This document shows positions 9,822 to 19,554 of a stretch of 64,000 bases of DNA, one piece after another. Below the pieces are notes generated by a model. That model was not told where the DNA came from and ran no database searches. It saw only the letters and a list, made by a program, of their open reading frames with translations. Source of the stretch: a virus; the IMG/VR virus record IMGVR_UViG_3300002461_000777, positions 3,256 to 67,255 of that record; one strand, written 5' to 3'. Position 1 is the first letter of the stretch; every line of letters starts with the position of its first letter. A program made the position numbers and the translations under genes.

Positions 9822-10670
9822 ATGATATTAATCGATTTTTCACAAACATGTTTATCTTACATTTTTGCCCAACGGATGGGAGTTCCTGATATCAGCTATG
9901 TTAGGAACGGCGTTTTAGACTCACTGCGTTTCTATAAAAAGAACTTCGCGAGCAAGTATGGAGAAACCATAGTTCTGGCTTGCGATTCAAAGACCAACTG
10001 GCGTAAAGATGCTTTCAAATATTATAAGTTCAAAAGAAAGGATATTCGAGAAAAATCAACCTATGATTGGAATTTGATATTCAGTCATATTGACACTTTG
10101 AAGCAAGAATTCAAACAATTCATGCCTTATTATGTGATCGAAACAGAAAATGCCGAAGCAGATGACGTGATTGCAACTCTATCTTTAAATCCTCCAGAAG
10201 AGACTAATCAACTGTTTTCAAAAGTGTTGATTATTTCTAGCGATAAAGATTTTAAGCAACTTCATCACTTGGGATATTTGGATCATTACAGTCCTCAAAC
10301 GAAGGGTATGATTAAAGTTGATCGTCCAGATCGACAACTAAAAGAAATGATAATGCGTGGTGATACCAGTGATGGTATTCCAAATTTCTTGAGTCCTGAC
10401 AATTGTTTTTATGATAAAATCAAACAGACGCCAATTATGTCGAAGAAAGTGTCTGTGTGGTTAGACCAAAAACCAGAAGAATTCTGTGATGAGACTACTA
10501 TCAAGAATTACAAACGTAATGAGCTTTTGATCGATTTAAAGAATATCCCTACTAACATATCAGAACAAATCAACTCTGACTTTTTGAATCACCCGAAACC
10601 AAGTAGGAAAAATATGTTCGATTATTTTTTTGAAAAGTCAGTCCCAACAAAGAATCTTCAGGAGTTCTAA
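9822..10670 (+). CDS. rnh: T4 RNase H / 5'-3' exonuclease
   Basis: MILIDFSQ start, WRKDAFKYYK..R, EADDVIA, SSDKDF.QL, GDTSDGIPN. Confidence 0.93.
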   Translation: MILIDFSQTCLSYIFAQRMGVPDISYVRNGVLDSLRFYKKNFASKYGETIVLACDSKTNWRKDAFKYYKFKRKDIREKSTYDWNLIFSHIDTLKQEFKQFMPYYVIETENAEADDVIATLSLNPPEETNQLFSKVLIISSDKDFKQLHHLGYLDHYSPQTKGMIKVDRPDRQLKEMIMRGDTSDGIPNFLSPDNCFYDKIKQTPIMSKKVSVWLDQKPEEFCDETTIKNYKRNELLIDLKNIPTNISEQINSDFLNHPKPSRKNMFDYFFEKSVPTKNLQEF

Positions 10671-10943
10671 ATGTTATATGATATCGCCGCACCACCAGAT
10701 GCCAAACAATGTCCTTTCTCTACGAAATATCAATTATTCGAACCAGTTCAGGTAAGAATTAGAAGAAAATCCGGAGAAATAGAATTAGTAGGTTATGGTA
10801 TTGGTGAAATTATCGAAGTGATGGAACCGAGAATGCAATACTGTATTCCTCCACACAGAAGACTGAAGGAAATTCCTATGTCTGATGGATCATTCATTGT
10901 TGAATTCCCAGAAAATATTAATTACAAGAGATATCATGAATAG
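10671..10943 (+). CDS. hypothetical protein
   Basis: 90-aa ORF abutting rnh. Confidence 0.55.
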   Translation: MLYDIAAPPDAKQCPFSTKYQLFEPVQVRIRRKSGEIELVGYGIGEIIEVMEPRMQYCIPPHRRLKEIPMSDGSFIVEFPENINYKRYHE

Positions 10944-11145
10944 AAAATCATTACCATACGAGAATGTAGTTGTCTATATTGAAACGAGTGAAGGCCCATC
11001 AGCATACGTCTTCCCCAATGCAGAATTAGCTTGGAGCATCTTAGTGTCCATGCATATTCCTAAGGACTCTGTGGCATGGGTATTTCTGGAAGAAATGGAT
11101 GGAACAATGACCTTCCAATATTATAGGAGGGTATTCAGTGAGTAG
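10936..11145 (+). CDS. hypothetical protein, paralog of next gene
   Basis: MNRKSLPY...TMTFQYYR. Confidence 0.6.
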   Translation: MNRKSLPYENVVVYIETSEGPSAYVFPNAELAWSILVSMHIPKDSVAWVFLEEMDGTMTFQYYRRVFSE

Positions 11146-11359
11146 AAAATCATTACCATTCAAAACATTCGTAATCATGATAAATCACTCATCCAATACT
11201 TATGTTGCCGAATATTGTTTCGGGGATGTGGAATTTGGTATACTTTATATGAAGTACTATTACAAATCATATACTGATGCTACAATAGAAGTTTATATTA
11301 AGGAATTTGATAACTCTTTAACTTTCCAATATAAAAGGAATCTGTATGAAATCCTATAA
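11138..11359 (+). CDS. hypothetical protein, paralog of previous gene
   Basis: MSRKSLPF...SLTFQYKR. Confidence 0.6.
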   Translation: MSRKSLPFKTFVIMINHSSNTYVAEYCFGDVEFGILYMKYYYKSYTDATIEVYIKEFDNSLTFQYKRNLYEIL

Positions 11360-11528
11360 GAAATGTTCATCCTGTAAAGGTTACGGTCGTATTGAAGATT
11401 TCCGATGGGGTGATGGGATTGCCGAATGTTCTGCTTGTCAAGGTCTGGGTGTGGTAAAGAAAAATGACAAACCACTTTCTGAGAGAGAATGGGACGATTT
11501 TTGTGCGACAAGAGGCGAAAATGATTGA
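11346..11528 (+). CDS. DnaJ-type CxxCxGxG zinc-finger protein
   Basis: CSSCKGYG and CSACQGLG. Confidence 0.7.
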   Translation: MKSYKKCSSCKGYGRIEDFRWGDGIAECSACQGLGVVKKNDKPLSEREWDDFCATRGEND

Positions 11529-11754
11529 TGCTCCTTTAGATCCAAATTTAAAAGCTATGATTGAGAATTTTCTCAATTGTCAGCGATCCACTATTATGGC
11601 AATCGAGGCTCAACCACATTTATTGACTCGTGGCTTAAATGATATATGGGACTGTACAGAAAAAATCGCTAAATTCATGGAATTGACCCTCTGTTCGAGA
11701 CGAGAATTAACTGAAATTTCTGCTCTTTATGATATGTTTCATATCAAGTCTTAA
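11521..11754 (+). CDS. hypothetical protein
   Basis: MIDAPLDP start overlapping previous stop. Confidence 0.5.
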   Translation: MIDAPLDPNLKAMIENFLNCQRSTIMAIEAQPHLLTRGLNDIWDCTEKIAKFMELTLCSRRELTEISALYDMFHIKS

Positions 11755-11771
11755 TATGTTATAATTGAAAT

Positions 11772-12326
11772 ATGATCGATAATGTGCCGATTACATATAT
11801 TCCTGATTTTGTTGAATATCCAGATTTGACATTCACACAACTCTGGAATCAACTTGATTGGGTGCGACGTGAAAACACCCCACGATTTGAATATTATTGT
11901 AATGATAGTGGCAAGCCTTATACTTATGGACGAGGGAATGGTATAAGGACATATGAAGCACAACCTTATCATTATAGAATTCTGCAAATTCGACAGGACA
12001 TACAGAAACTCACCAATACTGCATTCGAAGTCTGTTTCTTGAATGGTTATCGTGATGGTCGTGATCAATTGGGATGGCATGCTGATGATTCTCCTGAAAT
12101 GGATGATGATAGGCCGATAGCCATTGTTTCTTTGGGTGCTAGGAGAGAGATTTATTTCAGACCACAAAATGACAAAGAGAATGTCACCAAGCTTTGGCTT
12201 GATTCTGGTAGTCTTTGCTTGATGGCCGCTGGCATGCAAGACACCCATTATCACCGAATTCCTAAATCTTCGGTGATAGGCTGTGGTCCAAGAATTAGCC
12301 TGACGTTTCGTGGGTTGGTCAAATAA
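11772..12326 (+). CDS. alkB: AlkB-family 2OG-Fe(II) dioxygenase (ALKBH2/3-like)
   Basis: LNGYRDGRD..GWHADD, IVSLGARR, HRIPK, RISLTFR. Confidence 0.9.
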   Translation: MIDNVPITYIPDFVEYPDLTFTQLWNQLDWVRRENTPRFEYYCNDSGKPYTYGRGNGIRTYEAQPYHYRILQIRQDIQKLTNTAFEVCFLNGYRDGRDQLGWHADDSPEMDDDRPIAIVSLGARREIYFRPQNDKENVTKLWLDSGSLCLMAAGMQDTHYHRIPKSSVIGCGPRISLTFRGLVK

Positions 12327-12365
12327 TTAATTGTATGAATTTCATTTTCATGTTATAATAGTTCT

Positions 12366-12773
12366 ATGAAATTCGCCGAATTCCTGAATGAGACGACAGA
12401 TCTGGATTATGATACTGCCAAAAAAGCCTTGGCTCATGCTAGAGATATAGTTAAGGGGCGGGTACCTGAGGTCGAGGAATTATTAATCAGAGATCCCCAT
12501 TGGGCTTTCCATTATGCCAAGAATGTTATCAAAGGTCGTTGGTCCGAAGCAGAAGATGTGATAGCAACCTCAGCTGGTCCTGCTTGTAATTATGCCCAGT
12601 ATGTTATCAAAGGTCGTTGGTCCGAAGCAGAAAAAGTAATTGCTGCTTCACCCGGTATCGCTCTCAATTACGCCAAGGATGTCATCAAAGGTCGTTTCGA
12701 GGCGGCGGAAGAGGGGATGAGTAAAGCACCTGCTGTGTGGCGTGAATATAAAAAATTATTCATGAAGAAATAG
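12366..12773 (+). CDS. helical-repeat protein with capsid-targeting-like N-terminus
   Basis: MKFAEFLNE-T; 26-aa repeats YAK.VIKGRWSEAE, also visible as 78-bp DNA repeats. Confidence 0.7.
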   Translation: MKFAEFLNETTDLDYDTAKKALAHARDIVKGRVPEVEELLIRDPHWAFHYAKNVIKGRWSEAEDVIATSAGPACNYAQYVIKGRWSEAEKVIAASPGIALNYAKDVIKGRFEAAEEGMSKAPAVWREYKKLFMKK

Positions 12774-12796
12774 TTCGTGTACTGAGGAGATCATTT

Positions 12797-12958
12797 ATGA
12801 CACAAATTGGATGGGTTCTCAAAAGTTTAACCACAGGTTACATTTCGACTAATGATATCTGGACAACAAAGGATCTAGCAGAACGTATGTTGGCTCATTA
12901 CAAGAAACGATGTCCAGATGTTAATTTTGAGTTGAAGCCTGTTTATGTAAAAGATTAA
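12797..12958 (+). CDS. hypothetical protein (53 aa, not in ORF track)
   Basis: GAGGAG RBS then MTQIGWVLKS... Confidence 0.55.
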   Translation: MTQIGWVLKSLTTGYISTNDIWTTKDLAERMLAHYKKRCPDVNFELKPVYVKD

Positions 12959-13347
12959 TTTTCGATAACCACAAAGGGACCGAAATTTCTCGTTTTGAAT
13001 CCAGATACTTTCAGGAGATTAACGTAAATTTCGGTCTTTCTGTTATCATGCGAAGCAACAATCAATTCCCCGAATTCATTCAACCAATTCTGGATTATCT
13101 CTTTGAATTGTTTCCGATTGAAATTGCCCAACTGTGAATTCCCCTTTTCACCCTGTTGTTGCAAGTCAGTGAAATCTTTTCCCTTTAATTGCATGGCGAT
13201 CTGATACATCTTCATCATCTTATTATACACCACAAACAATTCATAATCACCACATTCAGCTTCATCAGCCACAACATTTCCTGTAGCTTTTAGCAATTGT
13301 TCTGCTTTATCGGTCAGACCTTCTGCAAGGAAATCTTTGAATTTCAT
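12955..13347 (-). CDS. putative capsid-targeted internal protein
   Basis: MKFKDFLAE-G. Confidence 0.65.
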   Translation of the reverse strand: MKFKDFLAEGLTDKAEQLLKATGNVVADEAECGDYELFVVYNKMMKMYQIAMQLKGKDFTDLQQQGEKGNSQLGNFNRKQFKEIIQNWLNEFGELIVASHDNRKTEIYVNLLKVSGFKTRNFGPFVVIEN

Positions 13348-13350
13348 AAT

Positions 13351-16134
13351 TTATATACCATAAACCTTATTTTGGAATCTTTGATATGTAGATTCATTGT
13401 TACGTGGTTGAGCATTAGGAGCAATGACAGTGGTATTCGTTCCACCCCCACCCATATTAGCTGGCGGAACATTGACCACAGGTGCCATTCTTTGATTATC
13501 CGATTCCAATTTGGCCATTCTATTGTCGACCGAATTTACCGCCATTTTGACACCACTTTCATTTGTAGCAGGTTTCAGAGCGGTCTCGTTTTTAGAGATC
13601 GTGAGTAATTCTTCTTTTTCTCTGCCGAATCTCAGCTTAACAGACTTCTTGATTTTCTCAGGGCTAGACTTGTAGTACTTGTCGACGTCCATTCTCTCAT
13701 TTTGGATTGCTGTGATTAAATCTTCATCAGACATCTTCGACAAGTCTTTCCCACCTAAACTGGTCTTGATAGCATTTTTGGTACCAACTGGTGTATTGAC
13801 ACTAGCCGCAAATAACATTTGTTTCACAGCCATACCACGGTCATCTACATTCATCCCCACCGAGTTAGCAAATTGCTTTACTGGTTCGTAATGAGTTACA
13901 CCAATGAAGTCATGTTGAGCTTCTTTGAATTTAGGATCATCAGACAATTTTAACCATGCATTAGGAAATGCATCACCAGCTTTGGTAGCAGAATTAGCGG
14001 CTTCCACACCACCAGCGGCTTCCAACTTCTCCGCGAAAGGTTTGTAGTCGGGTTTATTCTTCATCCAAGTCATGAATTCACCAACGGTGCCACCAGCTTT
14101 AGATGTTTTATCCTTAGAATTGAAAGCCTGACTGGTCATTTGATAGATGCCATAAGACACACCACCAATATCACCAGCTTTAGCTAATCCGAAGCTGATT
14201 GCCTTCGAACCGAGTCCACCAGTCTCTCCCTTAGTCGATACTTCTCCAAGTTTTGCGTATTCGGATTTGCCAACATTGGCAATTACAGGTTTGGCTATCG
14301 TCGTCGCTGGTGGGCGAGATACAGGAGTTATTGAATTAGCTGTCTTGGCGGCAATCTGTTTTGAAGTGGGAACACCCAAAATCTCTTTCACTGGATCTAA
14401 GACTTTATTCTTGGTTGCAATGAAATTTTCAGTGGCCGCAGTAGTTTTAGCTTTGGTATCTTTATAAATTTCCTTGGCCTTATCAACTGCAGGGGTTATA
14501 TTGATTCCGAATTTGTTCTTGATGAATTCTGTTATCTGATTGATTAAAGCGCCAGTATCAAATTCAGAAATAGCCTTGAACATTTTATCTTTAAGAGCAA
14601 TGAAGGATTCAGAGATTCCATCCTTCAGATTGACAAGGCCATTAGACACCACTTTGGTGAACGATTCACCGATGTTGGTCTTTACGCCAAACCATCCCAA
14701 TACATCATCAATCAAAGATAGGAATCCACCACCGATGTTGCTGATGGCAGTCAAACCTTTGTCTACAAAAGTAGGATCTTTCTTTAACAGGAATTTGTTG
14801 GCATTCTGGAAACCCTCAAAGGCATCAAAAATACCAGATACCGCCATTATGACTTGACCTGCTATCGGGATTCCCTTAGCAAGCTTCCCGGCACTACCGA
14901 GTATTTTACCAAGTCCACCCAACTTCAACAGCCCACTAGCACCAGCAAGTCCACCCACCATTTTGCCGACAGATCCTGCACCTCTGATACCACCGAGGGC
15001 GCGTCTTGCTAGTCCGAAACCCTTCCTAGCTATACTAGAACCCTTCAACAGCAATGATAATTGACCGAGTTTCTCGAAGATAGATTCTTTTTGATTGTCT
15101 TCCTTATCATTCGATTTATCGTTCATTCTATCAGAAGAATTAATCGACGACGCTTTACCGGAAGCTTTTTCCATACGAGCTTCCATCTGATCTCTTAGAA
15201 GATCTTCTCTCAGCAATTTAGCTTTGAAATAACGATTTAGACGGTCATCGACGCGATTGATAGCATTCACAATATTGGTGTCATCAAATGACGGACCATC
15301 ATTAGTCAGATTAAATCTTTTCGGTTCTGATTTACTGCTAGGTTCAAAATTAGCGACTTCATATCCACGAATCAGTGCTTTGAATTTGGCCGGGAATTCC
15401 GGTGCATTGCTTGGTTCTTTGGGAAGCGGTGTATCCTTTTCCGGTTCTTTCGAATTCGGTGATGGTGTTGGGATAATTGATGGGCCAAGATTCGATGGTT
15501 TATTGGGCATAAACCCACCACCAGAGTTCCTGCTGCTACCAAAAGAATATTCTAAATTCTTACCCAAACGCTCGATTCTGCTAATTCGTTCTATATTTTC
15601 GTCTTTCTTTTTGTTATCTTCACCCAAGAATAAATCGAGGGTCTTCATGAGAATCGGTGTACCACCAGACAGAACATCGACTGTGCCACGCAAAAAGCCC
15701 TTGCTACTCTTGCCAAATTTACGATTTATTGTTGCAAAAATACCATTTTGTTTCTTGAGTTGGTTTTCGAGAGCACCAATGACTGTATCGTATCTCGCAA
15801 AAATAACTTTCTTTGCATCTTCGTCTTCTATATTATCGGAAATGACCTTGCGAGCTAATTTAATGGTGTCAAGTTGTTTTCTGACTTCTTCTACAGAATT
15901 CGATTTGACTTCTTTGACTTGATCAAGCAAATCGCTGATTAAATTGTATTCGTCGTTTCTTAAGGAACTGTTGACCTTTAAGAAATCTTCTATCTCAGTC
16001 TGTAAATCGTATATCGGAAGATAATCACCCTCTAACTCTTTGCGAATTTCTTTTCTGATGGAAGCGACATTGAAATTAGCTATCTTACGAAGAGGCTTAT
16101 TGATTTTCTTTTTGGGTCTTATTATTTTCGGCAT
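13351..16134 (-). CDS. tape measure / baseplate hub protein (gp29-like) with C-terminal lysozyme-like peptidoglycan hydrolase domain
   Basis: 927 aa coiled-coil, Gly/Ala-rich GKLAKGIPIAG segment, SKGETGG...GGVSYGIYQM lytic-type motif; lies downstream of gp26/gp51. Confidence 0.75.
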   Translation of the reverse strand: MPKIIRPKKKINKPLRKIANFNVASIRKEIRKELEGDYLPIYDLQTEIEDFLKVNSSLRNDEYNLISDLLDQVKEVKSNSVEEVRKQLDTIKLARKVISDNIEDEDAKKVIFARYDTVIGALENQLKKQNGIFATINRKFGKSSKGFLRGTVDVLSGGTPILMKTLDLFLGEDNKKKDENIERISRIERLGKNLEYSFGSSRNSGGGFMPNKPSNLGPSIIPTPSPNSKEPEKDTPLPKEPSNAPEFPAKFKALIRGYEVANFEPSSKSEPKRFNLTNDGPSFDDTNIVNAINRVDDRLNRYFKAKLLREDLLRDQMEARMEKASGKASSINSSDRMNDKSNDKEDNQKESIFEKLGQLSLLLKGSSIARKGFGLARRALGGIRGAGSVGKMVGGLAGASGLLKLGGLGKILGSAGKLAKGIPIAGQVIMAVSGIFDAFEGFQNANKFLLKKDPTFVDKGLTAISNIGGGFLSLIDDVLGWFGVKTNIGESFTKVVSNGLVNLKDGISESFIALKDKMFKAISEFDTGALINQITEFIKNKFGINITPAVDKAKEIYKDTKAKTTAATENFIATKNKVLDPVKEILGVPTSKQIAAKTANSITPVSRPPATTIAKPVIANVGKSEYAKLGEVSTKGETGGLGSKAISFGLAKAGDIGGVSYGIYQMTSQAFNSKDKTSKAGGTVGEFMTWMKNKPDYKPFAEKLEAAGGVEAANSATKAGDAFPNAWLKLSDDPKFKEAQHDFIGVTHYEPVKQFANSVGMNVDDRGMAVKQMLFAASVNTPVGTKNAIKTSLGGKDLSKMSDEDLITAIQNERMDVDKYYKSSPEKIKKSVKLRFGREKEELLTISKNETALKPATNESGVKMAVNSVDNRMAKLESDNQRMAPVVNVPPANMGGGGTNTTVIAPNAQPRNNESTYQRFQNKVYGI

Positions 16135-16354
16135 TTTGATGATTTGCTTCGTACTCCCCTAATTTCTTTCCACTCACAAAGGTGGTTAAAGCCGTTCCAC
16201 TCCAACCGAATACTTCTTTACCATGTATAGCGATTTTTTCAGTGCTACTACACATCATCACAATACCAACCATAGTGAAGAAGAAAAACATAGCCATAAC
16301 TGCACCACTTAGACTTAAAGCATCAAAGAATTCGTAAAATATTCCCTTTTTCAC
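16097..16354 (-). CDS. small two-TM membrane protein (holin-like)
   Basis: Two hydrophobic segments and charged C-tail; GTG overlaps gp51-frame stop. Confidence 0.5.
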   Translation of the reverse strand: MKKGIFYEFFDALSLSGAVMAMFFFFTMVGIVMMCSSTEKIAIHGKEVFGWSGTALTTFVSGKKLGEYEANHQNAENNKTQKENQ

Positions 16355-16536
16355 TTTTTCGCTTGCCTCTTCTGTTCTTCTTGTACATGACCATTGATCA
16401 TTTCTACGATACTATCACGCACCCATGGCATAAGATGATTTATATCGTCAAATGAATATTTATGTACAAAGGTCAATGCCCAAATCGTCGTTAGATAATG
16501 ACCTAAACTTGAGTATCCAACGAGGAGGCGAAAAAA
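16351..16536 (-). CDS. 51: gp51-like baseplate hub assembly chaperone frame, no own start, reached by -1 frameshift
   Basis: Frame reads FFRLLVGYSSLGHYLTTIWALTFVHKYSFDDINHLMPWVRDSIVEMINGHVQEEQKRQAKK; HKYS...I..LMPW.R is the T4-like gp51 motif; TGA four codons upstream in this frame. Confidence 0.8.
   Translation of the reverse strand, partial: FFRLLVGYSSLGHYLTTIWALTFVHKYSFDDINHLMPWVRDSIVEMINGHVQEEQKRQAKK
16479..16536 (-). promoter_or_regulatory. -1 programmed ribosomal frameshift signal (T TTT TTC plus H-type pseudoknot)
   Basis: Heptamer 16536-16530 in gp26 frame; 6-nt spacer; stem1 TCGTTGGAT/ATCTAACGA; stem2 CTCAAGT/ATTTGGG. Confidence 0.75.
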
Positions 16537-17282
16537 CTTGAAAGCCCTTCAATCTTAATATCCTGTTTATTTCCACATTTTGGACATTTGATTTCTACGA
16601 CAGGAGCGATTTCCGGGATGGTCTCAAAGAAATGTTTGATCTGGTTAAATTGCTTGATGGTGAGTTTCTTGAGAAGCTCCAGAATTTCTTCTTTGGGGAC
16701 ATCTTCATATACCGTCTCTGAGTCAAAAACGTTTTCCACACATTCGGCAATCAATTCAAAAGTAGCTTCTGTCTCAGTTTTTGGTGTTTTATTCATTCTC
16801 TTGAGAATGTCGAGTGAGGGATACTTCATTAGAATTCCAACATCCGGTGTTAACCTGATGGTTGGGTCGTGTGAAGGGTCCTTGGTTACTTCGACAGTAT
16901 CAAGATCGAGGAAATGTTTAACTTCGGTCTTGCACATTTCACCATTCTCTGAAGGAGCTTGGCACTGGTAATTTAATTCCACCATATTACCCACGCCTTT
17001 GGAACGGCATTTGATGAAGAAATACTGTAAATCGTAGAGAGGCAATGAAGTTACGTTAATATTTGTCGGAGAGACAATGCAGTTGGTAGCTATTTGACGC
17101 AGAGCATGAAGAATTTCTTCATCATTGTCACTGGTTGATGCCCCTTCAAGAGCCATCATCAAGATTTGCTCTTCTTCCACCATATAAGGTCGATAGATGA
17201 TTTCTTGATTATTAGATGGAAGACTTAATTTAAAAGTCGGAACATTGATTTTCTCATAGGTTAATTGCTTGATCGATGCCAT
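16503..17282 (-). CDS. 26: baseplate hub subunit / tail assembly chaperone (T4 gp26-like)
   Basis: LPSNNQEIIYRPYMVEEE.IL, RSKGVG, MKYPS, KHFFETIP, CPKCG, IEGLSSFF. Confidence 0.9.
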   Translation of the reverse strand: MASIKQLTYEKINVPTFKLSLPSNNQEIIYRPYMVEEEQILMMALEGASTSDNDEEILHALRQIATNCIVSPTNINVTSLPLYDLQYFFIKCRSKGVGNMVELNYQCQAPSENGEMCKTEVKHFLDLDTVEVTKDPSHDPTIRLTPDVGILMKYPSLDILKRMNKTPKTETEATFELIAECVENVFDSETVYEDVPKEEILELLKKLTIKQFNQIKHFFETIPEIAPVVEIKCPKCGNKQDIKIEGLSSFFASSLDTQV

Positions 17283-18397
17283 GGTTATTAAGGATATTTA
17301 AAAGAGTCTCTCTAAATATTTTGGTGCCGAATCCCAATTCTCCGAAATTCCCTGCCCTCCTGCCTACTGATTTAGACCTTGGTGTAGCTTCCAATAAAGC
17401 ATTGACCACATTGAATGTGTCGATCAATTCAAATGTTACTTCTTTCGCTGCACTTGATGCATCTGGTTTCTCTGTACCCTGTTTTATCCAAATTGACAAT
17501 GAAATCATTCTGGCGGGTAATAAATCTGGCAACACCTTCACTTCGTGTGTAAGAGGCTATTCTAACACAACAGCCACTTCGCATACTTCCGGAGCTTTCA
17601 TCAAAGGTTTCATCGTCGCACATTTACATAATCAGCTTGCTGCTGAAGTGAAAGCCATCTGTTCTGCTTTGGGTACCAATCTTGATAACGTCGTTGAAGT
17701 CACGGATAATGCTGGTGGGGAAATTTCGGGCAATTTTGCTAATTTAAGTCTAGTACCCAATGGTATCGTGGCTGGAACCTATGGAGCAGAAGACAAAACA
17801 CCAAATATTACTGTGGATAATGCTGGAAGAGTAGAAGCCATTCAGTTACTCGATGCGGCTGGATCTGGTATACGAGTGATGCCTATTTTCTACAAAGCAG
17901 CTATCGCACAGGGTACCAATGCTGTATTAGGATTTAGTTTCGGGCTGGCTAATGCTCCTGCTGCTACTTTAGTTACAGGTGCTAACCAAACATGGGCTGT
18001 GGCGACTTTTACCCAAGCTCAAAATTACTCGGTTCAGGACCACTTCAGCATACCAGCTGATTGGACGGGTGATATCGATGTTGAAATCATCTGGAGAACA
18101 TCTGTGACAGCTGGATCGGCGACATGGCAATTACAGTTTGCAGGATTCAGGCCGAATGAGGCTACTGATAAATCATGGGGTCCAATGAATTCTATCACCA
18201 CAGCAGCAGTATCTCCTGCTCTCAATTTAATTAGTAGCACTTCTACCACTCTGAATTTAAGCGGAATACAAGCTGGTGATGAGGTTTATTTTAAATTTGC
18301 GAGATCCGCTTCCGATTCAATCGCGGCAGATGTGGAATTAATCGGGTTGCGATTCTTTGTCAAGCGTTTCTGGAATAATGGTGTCACACTCACGTAA
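17276..18397 (+). CDS. probable virion structural protein
   Basis: Ala/Gly/Thr-rich beta protein; TAAATA at 17313-17318 suggests start near GTG 17325. Confidence 0.6.
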   Translation: MPWLLRIFKRVSLNILVPNPNSPKFPALLPTDLDLGVASNKALTTLNVSINSNVTSFAALDASGFSVPCFIQIDNEIILAGNKSGNTFTSCVRGYSNTTATSHTSGAFIKGFIVAHLHNQLAAEVKAICSALGTNLDNVVEVTDNAGGEISGNFANLSLVPNGIVAGTYGAEDKTPNITVDNAGRVEAIQLLDAAGSGIRVMPIFYKAAIAQGTNAVLGFSFGLANAPAATLVTGANQTWAVATFTQAQNYSVQDHFSIPADWTGDIDVEIIWRTSVTAGSATWQLQFAGFRPNEATDKSWGPMNSITTAAVSPALNLISSTSTTLNLSGIQAGDEVYFKFARSASDSIAADVELIGLRFFVKRFWNNGVTLT

Positions 18398-18437
18398 TTG
18401 ATTGCCGCCAGCATCGATTCATGTTATAATGGATTTG

Positions 18438-18575
18438 ATGACATTTTACAAAATTAGTGCTGAGAGACCATCAAATGGTGGAATATATCAGAGGATTCAA
18501 GCTCGTTCCAGAATCCATGCCGTCGAAGCTTTCCTAAAATTGAATCCTGATGCGATTATTTGGAGCGTGGTATAA
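18438..18575 (+). CDS. hypothetical protein (45 aa, not in ORF track)
   Basis: MTFYKISAERP...; follows TGTTATAAT. Confidence 0.5.
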   Translation: MTFYKISAERPSNGGIYQRIQARSRIHAVEAFLKLNPDAIIWSVV

Positions 18576-18835
18576 TGACTACTGATTGGTCAATCCAGAC
18601 TTGTGGTAAAATTATCAAGGTGATAGACCCAGATCGCGAATCGATCATCAAGGCTGTGCTGGATGAGAAATCTTCTGATGGAGTCTCTTCCGTACAATAC
18701 ACAGCCAGAATCGGCTATATGGGCAAAGACTACAATCCCGAGAAAAATAGAATTGCACTGAATGTTCTGCGAGAATATATGGAAAGACATAAGGCTTTGC
18801 GAGAATATATGAAGAGCCTTCTGGCCAAAATGTAA
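18575..18835 (+). CDS. hypothetical protein
   Basis: TAATG coupling at both ends. Confidence 0.6.
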   Translation: MTTDWSIQTCGKIIKVIDPDRESIIKAVLDEKSSDGVSSVQYTARIGYMGKDYNPEKNRIALNVLREYMERHKALREYMKSLLAKM

Positions 18836-19554
18836 TGAGTAAGACACTTATCGTACCGGACATTCACGAACGTTTCGAGACCATGAAGTTCATTTATGAA
18901 ACATATGGTCGTCAAGCAGATCGTATTATTTGGTTATCTGATTTCATGGATAGTTTTAGTGGTTTGACTGATAATACCCACAAAACCATCGAATTCCTTG
19001 ATCAAATAATTTTGAGAGATGAGAAGTCCGAGTTATGTCTAGGTAATCATGAACTCCACTATCTATTCGATAATCCCAAGCTCAGATGCAGTGGTTATGA
19101 CATTAAGAAGAAGAAATTAGTCAAGGCAAATATTCCTTGGTATAAATGGGAACCTAAGACTCATGTTGGTATCTTGGATCAGGGATGGCTTATTTCACAC
19201 GCTGGTTTCACCGAGCAATGGCTCTCTCCATATTTCGAACTTGGGGATTGGTTGGAGAAAATAAGAACTACCACTTTTCTCCAATTAGAGGCTGGTTTAC
19301 ATCCAGAAATCTGTGAATACGGACACACACTTGGTGGTCCTGTGCATGTAGTTGGTGGTCCCTTTACCTTGAATTGGGATCATGATTTTAGGCCCATTTC
19401 GAACATTAATCAAATTGTCGGACACACTTGCCATAACGAACCCAGAATGAAATGTCAATCGGATTCACTAAATTGGTGTATCGACGTAAATCAAACAGAT
19501 GTGGTAGGATGGATAGAGAATGGAGAATTCAGAATTGAACCAGTTTATAAATGA
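18835..19554 (+). CDS. calcineurin-like metallophosphoesterase
   Basis: PDIHE, SDFMD, GNHE, SHAG, IVGHT motifs. Confidence 0.85.
   Translation: MSKTLIVPDIHERFETMKFIYETYGRQADRIIWLSDFMDSFSGLTDNTHKTIEFLDQIILRDEKSELCLGNHELHYLFDNPKLRCSGYDIKKKKLVKANIPWYKWEPKTHVGILDQGWLISHAGFTEQWLSPYFELGDWLEKIRTTTFLQLEAGLHPEICEYGHTLGGPVHVVGGPFTLNWDHDFRPISNINQIVGHTCHNEPRMKCQSDSLNWCIDVNQTDVVGWIENGEFRIEPVYK

Noticed and set aside
13297-15922. Plus-strand ORFs within the tape-measure gene, and similar antisense ORFs over gp22, gp23, gp20, gp21 and the 41.5-44 kb cassette
   Set aside because: Fully overlap well-supported genes on the opposite strand and have biased Ser/Ile/Phe composition typical of shadow frames
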